NCBI GenBank assembly: GCA_023136205.1
Contig: JAGLRQ010000093.1
Span: 1 to 6,624 of the forward strand
Length of the DNA: 6,624 nt
Reading direction: 5' to 3'
Source of the DNA: Candidatus Auribacterota bacterium
GTDB taxonomy: Bacteria; Auribacterota; UBA6266
Under the pieces are notes generated by a model. That model worked only from the letters and a program-made list of their open reading frames with translations. It was not told the DNA's origin and made no database searches. The translations under genes were made by a program, and so were the position numbers. How positions within the stretch are numbered: the first letter of the stretch is position 1; every line of letters begins with the position of its first letter. Of this stretch, positions 1 through 4,250 are shown one piece after another.

Positions 1-188
1 CCAAAATAAAGATCCATTATCTTGAACTTAGGCGTACAGCCGTCCCACGCGTACCCATCCTTATTTGACCCCTTAACGGTTACGTTTCCATCCTTCTCTA
101 ACTTGAACCACTCATTCTCAAACTCCCGGCCCGTGATGGATGTCTTATGTACATGATCTTCTTTTATGCAGTACACATATACACTCAT
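1..188 (-). CDS. Hypothetical protein, N-terminal fragment (62 codons; the C-terminus lies beyond the left edge). No signal peptide. Possible DUF1353-like motif.
   Basis: My own translation of the reverse strand gives ATG at 188..186, then MSVYVYCIKEDHVHKTSITGREFENEWFKLEKDGNVTVKGSNKDGYAWDGCTPKFKIMDLYFG with no stop up to position 1. An SD-like AGAGGAG (194-200 on +) lies 5 nt upstream of the ATG. The GYAWDGCTPK stretch resembles the G-x-x-D-G-x-S-x-P core I recall for DUF1353-type proteins; this is a weak recollection only. The ORF track omits it because it is edge-truncated. Confidence 0.55.
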   Translation of the reverse strand, partial: MSVYVYCIKEDHVHKTSITGREFENEWFKLEKDGNVTVKGSNKDGYAWDGCTPKFKIMDLYF

Positions 189-210
189 ATCCGCTCCTCT
201 TTTCTTTTCG

Positions 211-252
211 TTTTTTTACTTTTCTTATTTCTTTCTTTAAAATCATTTATTA
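211..252 (-). repeat. Copy A of a 42-nt conserved element (5' leader/promoter-like), upstream of the truncated gene at 1-188
   Basis: tttttttacTtttcttatttctttctttaaaatcatttatta at 211-252 matches 4160-4201 at 41 of 42 positions (the only difference is 220 t versus 4169 c). In gene sense it reads TAATAAATGATTTTAAAGAAAGAAATAAGAAAAGTAAAAAAA and ends 22 nt before the ATG at 188. A cctttacc motif follows about 10 nt further on in both copies (262-269 and 4212-4219). Confidence 0.8.
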
Positions 253-276
253 AAACAGACACCTTTACCCCTTAAC

Positions 277-342
277 TATAAAAAGAGTGGATACTATTAA
301 ATAAAATCATCTTGATTTAACAGTAAAATCACTCTTTTTATA
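277..342. repeat. 13-bp perfect inverted repeat with a 40-nt spacer (AT-rich stem-loop; candidate terminator or operator)
   Basis: tataaaaagagtg (277-289) is the exact reverse complement of cactctttttata (330-342). The 40-nt spacer contains a nested aaatca/tgattt 6-bp stem. In minus sense the 3' arm ends in CTCTTTTTATA (T-rich). It sits between the small ORF stop (372) and repeat copy A. Confidence 0.5.
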
Positions 343-371
343 ATTTTTATTTCGGAACAAAGAGAGGAGAA

Positions 372-557
372 TTATTCCGGATTTCTTGCTTGTTCACGTT
401 TTTGCTCCTCGTCGCCTCCGGCATTCTCGTTTCCTTCTCTAACCTGTTCCTCGGCCTGTTCTTCGTGACATTCTTGATTCTGAAACAGAAAAAATGTTAC
501 AGCAAGAATCATTACAAAAAACACACATATTCTTTTCATACGGTTGAACCAGGCCAC
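372..557 (-). CDS. Doubtful small ORF: predicted single-pass membrane peptide with a Glu/Gln-rich acidic tail (61 aa from GTG 557, or 55 aa from ATG 539)
   Basis: The product has a hydrophobic stretch ICVFFVMILAVTFFLF followed by QNQECHEEQAEEQVREGNENAGGDEEQKREQARNPE. It has the same orientation as all neighbouring genes. The first codon is GTG, and I see no Shine-Dalgarno before either GTG 557 or ATG 539. The region is strongly pyrimidine-rich on + (purine-rich on -), which suppresses stop codons on both strands and also creates the shadow ORF 390-644 on +. Confidence 0.25.
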   Translation of the reverse strand: MAWFNRMKRICVFFVMILAVTFFLFQNQECHEEQAEEQVREGNENAGGDEEQKREQARNPE

Positions 558-611
558 GTGGGAATCACATTTGTTATCTCTTTGGCAATTAAGTGTTTCC
601 CCGTATCTGTA

Positions 612-1370
612 TTATTTGGTTTTCTTTTTCTCTTTTCTATATAATTTATCGACATCGTAGGCATCTAAAACACGATTGTATATTCTAACTTCATCCACAA
701 GGCCTTTCCACCATCTGTTTGGATCCTGCCCATAACCATTACCTATTGCTACATTTCTAAATGTCAATGACAGTAGTCTCCATTCCCCAGCGGTTCCCGG
801 AATATTTGGATGAACTGATGAATCTGGATCTGGATATGGTGTTGTTAAAACTAACGCACCATTTAAATACGCGTATGTATTTATATCATCCCATACAAAA
901 ACAACATGATACCATAGATTTGGTTGGAGTGAATTAGTAATTACTCCACTTCCAAAACCCAAAGCTCCCCAGACAAACATTCCTGTTGAATATTCTTCAA
1001 ATCTAATACAATCATCCCAACCCGCGAAATCTGTAGAAAATGGATTACGATAATTTTCTACAACTTCTGGATTCATCCAAAATGAGATAGAACCAATTTC
1101 ATTATATCCTAAATCTCCAGCTATAATTGAATCCTCAGAACCATCAAAATAATAAGCTTTATCTTTATCATTTTTTCCAGTTGGTACTTGTAAAGCGCCA
1201 GTTATTGTACCAGGGTGATTACCCATGCTTTCATCTGGAACTTGATCATCTATGGGATCTAAATCAAATGAATAATATAATATTAATCCATCATCAAAAT
1301 GGTCCGCGTATAAATAATTAAGGAAACAAAAAGAAACCAAAACAAAAATAATTAATACAGATTTTTTCAT
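612..1370 (-). CDS. Secreted LamG-like (concanavalin A-like lectin/glucanase, Laminin_G_3-type) jelly-roll domain protein, 252 aa
   Basis: - Start and stop: ATG at 1370..1368, TAA at 614..612. SD AAAGGAGA (1378-1385 on +) lies 8 nt upstream.
- Signal peptide: MKKSVLIIFVLVSFCFLNYLYA.
- LamG_3 hallmarks: GLILYYSFD...DESMGNHPGTITGA, AYYFDGSEDSI, GSISFWM, WYHVVFVWD, AYLNGALV, and the C-terminal signature WWKGLVDEVRIYNRVLDAYDVDKLY. Confidence 0.9.
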   Translation of the reverse strand: MKKSVLIIFVLVSFCFLNYLYADHFDDGLILYYSFDLDPIDDQVPDESMGNHPGTITGALQVPTGKNDKDKAYYFDGSEDSIIAGDLGYNEIGSISFWMNPEVVENYRNPFSTDFAGWDDCIRFEEYSTGMFVWGALGFGSGVITNSLQPNLWYHVVFVWDDINTYAYLNGALVLTTPYPDPDSSVHPNIPGTAGEWRLLSLTFRNVAIGNGYGQDPNRWWKGLVDEVRIYNRVLDAYDVDKLYRKEKKKTK

Positions 1371-1628
1371 AATTTTTTCTCCTTTGAATGGTATTTTATA
1401 AGCTTATTTATTTTTTGTAAATTTAACAATTAAGGGCCTCTTATAAAAATTCTACTTTTATAATTATTTACATATATATTATTTGTAAATTTTAAAAATT
1501 GTATTTTATGCACTTCCCCATTGGATATCTTACCACTACCTTCAGAATACGCCACTTAAATCTTTTTTCACTCTTCTCTTAAATTAAACAGAAGCGTTGT
1601 TCATGTTCAATTACTGAGCTAGTTCAAC

Positions 1629-1650
1629 CTGTCCCCTTTACTCCCTTTAC
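1629..1650 (-). repeat. GTAAAGG micro-repeat at the stop codon of the peptidase-like gene; shares a 13-mer with 4206-4218
   Basis: ctgtcccctttac (1629-1641) is identical to 4206-4218. The unit ccctttac occurs twice in tandem (1634-1641 and 1643-1650, period 9). The TAA stop (1647-1649) is embedded in the second unit (minus sense G-TAA-AGGG). Confidence 0.5.
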
Positions 1651-2789
1651 ACACTGGGAGGCTTTTCCTCTATAGGGAGCATTCTCCAAAACAGATAAAT
1701 GATAATGATGAGTATTAGGAGAATGATACCCCACTTAATATTTTTCCTAGTGCTATGCCAATCCTTAGCATCATTCAATAAATCTTCGAAAGAGGGTACT
1801 CCAACACTAGCAAGTATTTGATCTATGGTGCCCGCTTCTATTGCATGCTTGATAAATCCGTACAGACTCTCTTGTCCAATCTTAGATTCAAGGTAGTTAA
1901 ATACAATTTTATATTCTTTGTACTCTTTCGGGTCTCTAACAGTATATGTAATATATACGTACCCTCCTATAGTTGGGCTCACTTCAGTTGCAGATTCTGT
2001 TCCACCGCTGCCACTGAAATAGATTGCACATCCCTCATGAAACCAAAGAGGCAATTTTGAACGATCTAATAAACTCATGTTAGAATTAATATACACATGA
2101 ACTAATTCATGAGAGACTGTTTTAGGTAACATACGTTTCTTCAGTTGTTTCTTGGCGACACTTACCTCTGGTTCTGAGAGAACGGCAACATATCTGGACA
2201 GAAGTGTTACTGCTTTAGTATTCTCACTTTTAAATGCCGGTTGGACCGCTTTAGGCATGAGTTCCTTACTAGGGTAATACCTAATATATACAAATCCCTT
2301 AGGGACGGGCAAGCCAACTTTTTCTCTAAGCTTGACTATCGCAGGATCTGTAGTAGTCTCCAAATTGACTAATTCGCGTTTGGCACGCAGTAGATTCAAT
2401 ATACCTTTTCTCTCAGTGATTTTGAAAGTGGTGTCCTCATAGGTACCAGCGAAAATAATGAAATATTCAAATAGTGTTTTGACTGCTTTTAAGATATTAG
2501 GCAATGTAAGTTCTGACTCTATATACGATAGGCAAACGAAAATTTTCTCGTAAGACTGCTGTCTTTCTCGAATTTCCTCTTCAGTCATTAGGACCGGATT
2601 GCTCAAGTTGTCAAACCAATTGTCGGAACTTATAAACTCCCCTAATTCTGGGCACAGCACCAAAGCAAGTTTTATGATAGTTTCATCTTCGGTTTCTTGG
2701 GCCATAGCATACGGAGTCTGGCTGGTAAAGAAACAAAGAATCAATAATGTCCAGAGAACGACACGAGGGAATTTAGTTACAACATACAT
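1647..2789 (-). CDS. Putative zinc metallopeptidase-like protein (gluzincin, Peptidase_MA-like HExxH...E) with an N-terminal signal peptide and a C-terminal transmembrane anchor
   Basis: - Zinc motif: HELVH at 2097-2111, then 20 residues to LPLWFHEGCAIYFSG. This matches the HExxH + downstream Glu pattern (W..EG.A.YF) of MA-clan/Peptidase_MA_2-type proteins.
- C-terminal TM helix: WGIILLILIIIIYLFW, followed by a short tail.
- Start choice: the track ORF begins at a GTG (2996) that lies 59 nt inside the serpin gene and has no SD. The internal ATG at 2789 is preceded by AAGGAG (2801-2806 on +, 11-nt spacing) and yields the signal peptide MYVVTKFPRVVLWTLLILCFFTSQTPYAMA|QE. ATG 2816 (MSRKGASKK...) is an alternative.
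- Stop: TAA at 1649..1647. Confidence 0.8.
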   Translation of the reverse strand: MYVVTKFPRVVLWTLLILCFFTSQTPYAMAQETEDETIIKLALVLCPELGEFISSDNWFDNLSNPVLMTEEEIRERQQSYEKIFVCLSYIESELTLPNILKAVKTLFEYFIIFAGTYEDTTFKITERKGILNLLRAKRELVNLETTTDPAIVKLREKVGLPVPKGFVYIRYYPSKELMPKAVQPAFKSENTKAVTLLSRYVAVLSEPEVSVAKKQLKKRMLPKTVSHELVHVYINSNMSLLDRSKLPLWFHEGCAIYFSGSGGTESATEVSPTIGGYVYITYTVRDPKEYKEYKIVFNYLESKIGQESLYGFIKHAIEAGTIDQILASVGVPSFEDLLNDAKDWHSTRKNIKWGIILLILIIIIYLFWRMLPIEEKPPSV

Positions 2790-2879
2790 CTTTTTGCTGG
2801 CTCCTTTTCGGCTCATGCTTGGCACAAGCCCGGAAGCAACTAATTTATTTCTGTAATCATCTGAACCATAAATACTGCC

Positions 2880-2901
2880 GGAATTAATGGGAATTAATGG
2901 G
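2880..2901. repeat. Tandem decamer (ggaattaatg x2 plus partial gg) in the serpin/peptidase spacer; each unit carries the palindrome ATTAAT
   Basis: Read directly: g gaattaatgg gaattaatgg g at 2880-2901. The two ATTAAT hexamers are exactly 10 bp apart (one helical turn). The repeat lies 38-57 nt after the serpin stop and about 90-110 nt upstream of ATG 2789. Confidence 0.6.
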
Positions 2902-2937
2902 GATGTCCCAAAGAGTGCCCTCTTTTGTCCCACGTTT

Positions 2938-4158
2938 TTATTTTGTCGGGTCAGCAATTCTTCCGATAAATAAAATGCTTCCTGTTTGACTTTCACGAAT
3001 CAAGAAAACAAAGGGATGATCTGCTTGGAACAATAAAGTTTTGCTAATACTGCCTTTTGCCATAGCAACTGCTGTTGCGGCAGCAGCTTCTGTCCCTTCC
3101 TCATTGACATGAACAAAAGCTTTATGAACAACCTTGCTTATAAAAAGATCTTTTTTTCCTGTTATCCCGGAGAAATTAGCTGGTGGAAGTGAAAAAGCGC
3201 TTGGCATACCCATGCTGCCAAGCGTTTTCGATAGTTCAAATTCACAAGTAGTTTTAAACTTAGGTAATTTTATAAGTATTTCTGACTTGTATGAATTGGA
3301 GAGTTCAGCTATCCAGTTTTTTACATTATCATTTGTTAGGTTTTTTTCAAGCTTTGTTAACCCATTAATTTTTTTGGGCAAAAAGATAATCATGGATAAA
3401 TCATTGCCTTCATAAGGCAGTTCTATCGCGCTAAAACCGCCAAAATCTCTAAATTTAAGTTCTGATTTTTTGCTCATCATGGAAACTTTTATTGTTTTAT
3501 CAGGGGAAACATAAAAATCAGCATCCATTGTTCTTTTTTTATAGAATGGACTCAACCAGTTTCCTTTGAAATAGATTGCGTTGCAGAGAACCAATGTTGT
3601 AAGTGGATCAATCATACCCGGCTTGATTAATTCTTTGATTTTCTGTTGTGTTTCGGTTTCTATCCAGGTATTAATAGTTATTCTTGCGGCTTCGGTTTCT
3701 TTTTCAAAATTAACGAAATTTAACGCCGTGCTATAATACTTTTTAGTTATATCAGAAAAAGTGTCCATAAAATGATAACCCTCTTCCGCCCACACTGAAT
3801 TAGCTATGCTGAGTCTGATATGGCCTTTATTTTGGATAGCATTTAATTTTGACTGGAGATTGGAAAATGATGCATGCAATGGCTCCTGGCTTAAAGAAAA
3901 GCGCAAAACTTCTGCCATTTCTTTTTCAGTTTGTCCTTTTGCGCCGGCGTAAGTCATAGCAAGTGCTGTGGAGATACTGTAGGGTGAAAAAAATAAATTC
4001 CCTTCTGCATCTTTAAGTTCTTGATATAAATCAAAACCAAAATCGCTGTTATCTTGTACTGCTGTTTGTAGATTACCATTTGTATCTGCAAAAGAAAGGA
4101 AAGCCGTTGAAGAGATAAATACCACAATAATCAGGATAAGCGTAAATTTAATTTTCAT
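2938..4158 (-). CDS. Secreted serpin (serine protease inhibitor family I4), 406 aa, inhibitory-type reactive-centre loop
   Basis: - Start and stop: ATG at 4158..4156, TAA at 2940..2938.
- Signal peptide: MKIKFTLILIIVVFISSTAFLSFA|D.
- Serpin signatures: NLFFSPYSISTALAMTYAGAKGQT, LVLCNAIYFKGNW, SMIIFLP, the hinge EEGTEAAAATA (3070-3102), FQADHPFVFLIRE, and the C-terminal ILFIGRIADP. Confidence 0.95.
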   Translation of the reverse strand: MKIKFTLILIIVVFISSTAFLSFADTNGNLQTAVQDNSDFGFDLYQELKDAEGNLFFSPYSISTALAMTYAGAKGQTEKEMAEVLRFSLSQEPLHASFSNLQSKLNAIQNKGHIRLSIANSVWAEEGYHFMDTFSDITKKYYSTALNFVNFEKETEAARITINTWIETETQQKIKELIKPGMIDPLTTLVLCNAIYFKGNWLSPFYKKRTMDADFYVSPDKTIKVSMMSKKSELKFRDFGGFSAIELPYEGNDLSMIIFLPKKINGLTKLEKNLTNDNVKNWIAELSNSYKSEILIKLPKFKTTCEFELSKTLGSMGMPSAFSLPPANFSGITGKKDLFISKVVHKAFVHVNEEGTEAAAATAVAMAKGSISKTLLFQADHPFVFLIRESQTGSILFIGRIADPTK

Positions 4159-4159
4159 T

Positions 4160-4201
4160 TTTTTTTACCTTTCTTATTTCTTTCTTTAAAATCATTTATT
4201 A
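4160..4201 (-). repeat. Copy B of the 42-nt conserved element, abutting the serpin start codon
   Basis: tttttttacCtttcttatttctttctttaaaatcatttatta at 4160-4201 is 41/42 identical to 211-252. In gene sense it reads TAATAAATGATTTTAAAGAAAGAAATAAGAAAGGTAAAAAAA, followed by A and the serpin ATG. The AAAGG inside it is the only SD-like sequence before the serpin start. Confidence 0.8.
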
Positions 4202-4211
4202 GGCGCTGTCC

Positions 4212-4250
4212 CCTTTACCTTCCTTTACCTTCCCTTATTTTCCTTATTTT
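4212..4250. repeat. Two adjacent short tandem duplications between the 756-aa gene and the serpin: (cctttacctt)x2 then (ccttatttt)x2
   Basis: cctttacctt occurs at 4212-4221 and 4222-4231. ccttatttt occurs at 4233-4241 and 4242-4250. The second ccttatttt unit contains the TAA stop of the 756-aa gene (4244-4246), and the first supplies a second in-frame TAA two codons later. The minus sense reads AAAATAAGGAAAATAAGGGAAGGTAAAGGAAGGTAAAGGGGACAGCGCC, with four GGA trinucleotides in 49 nt. Confidence 0.7.

Noticed and set aside
558-602. Imperfect 9-bp inverted repeat (gtgggaatcac / gtgtttcccc region) after the LamG stop.
   Set aside because: It has one internal mismatch, a 24-nt loop and no U-tract. 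Its significance is marginal in this sequence context.
390-644. Plus-strand 84-aa ORF (very hydrophobic, Phe/Leu-rich) in the gap downstream of the LamG gene.
   Set aside because: It starts at TTG, runs into the LamG coding region on the opposite strand, and its composition simply reflects the T/C-rich plus strand. It is a shadow ORF.
1415-1492. 10-mer ttgtaaattt present twice (1415-1424 and 1483-1492), and a 7-bp inverted repeat atttaca/tgtaaat (1466-1490), upstream of the LamG gene.
   Set aside because: The spacer is extremely AT-rich and low in complexity. Matches of this length are expected by chance there, so I do not regard them as supported binding sites.
1371-1646. Search for a sigma-70-type promoter for the LamG gene (for example TATAAA at about 1392-1397 in minus sense) and for a terminator after the HExxH gene.
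   Set aside because: Many TATAAT-like hexamers occur in this AT-rich spacer, and none has a convincing -35 at 16-18 nt. No GC-rich stem-loop with a U-tract follows the stop at 1647. I cannot place either signal with confidence.
2911-2926. Small hairpin just after the serpin stop (aaagag-tgcc-ctcttt), a possible intrinsic terminator.
   Set aside because: It has only a 6-bp AT-rich stem and no following U-tract in mRNA sense. The flanking gggaca sequences are direct repeats, not inverted. This is too weak to call a terminator.
2938-2996. 59-nt overlap between the serpin 3' end and the long form of the HExxH ORF (track start at 2996), which might suggest translational coupling.
   Set aside because: The 2996 start codon is GTG with no SD. 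The extra 60-69 residues precede a complete signal peptide. ATG 2789 has an AAGGAG 11 nt upstream. The overlap is most likely an artefact of an open frame. It is kept only as an alternative model in the findings.
1127-3415. Plus-strand ORFs 1127-1321, 1818-2060, 2599-2856 and 3134-3415, and the minus-strand alternative-frame ORF 5698-5895.
   Set aside because: All lie entirely inside well-supported longer minus-strand genes. They have no recognisable motifs or ribosome-binding sites and look like antisense or alternative-frame shadows.
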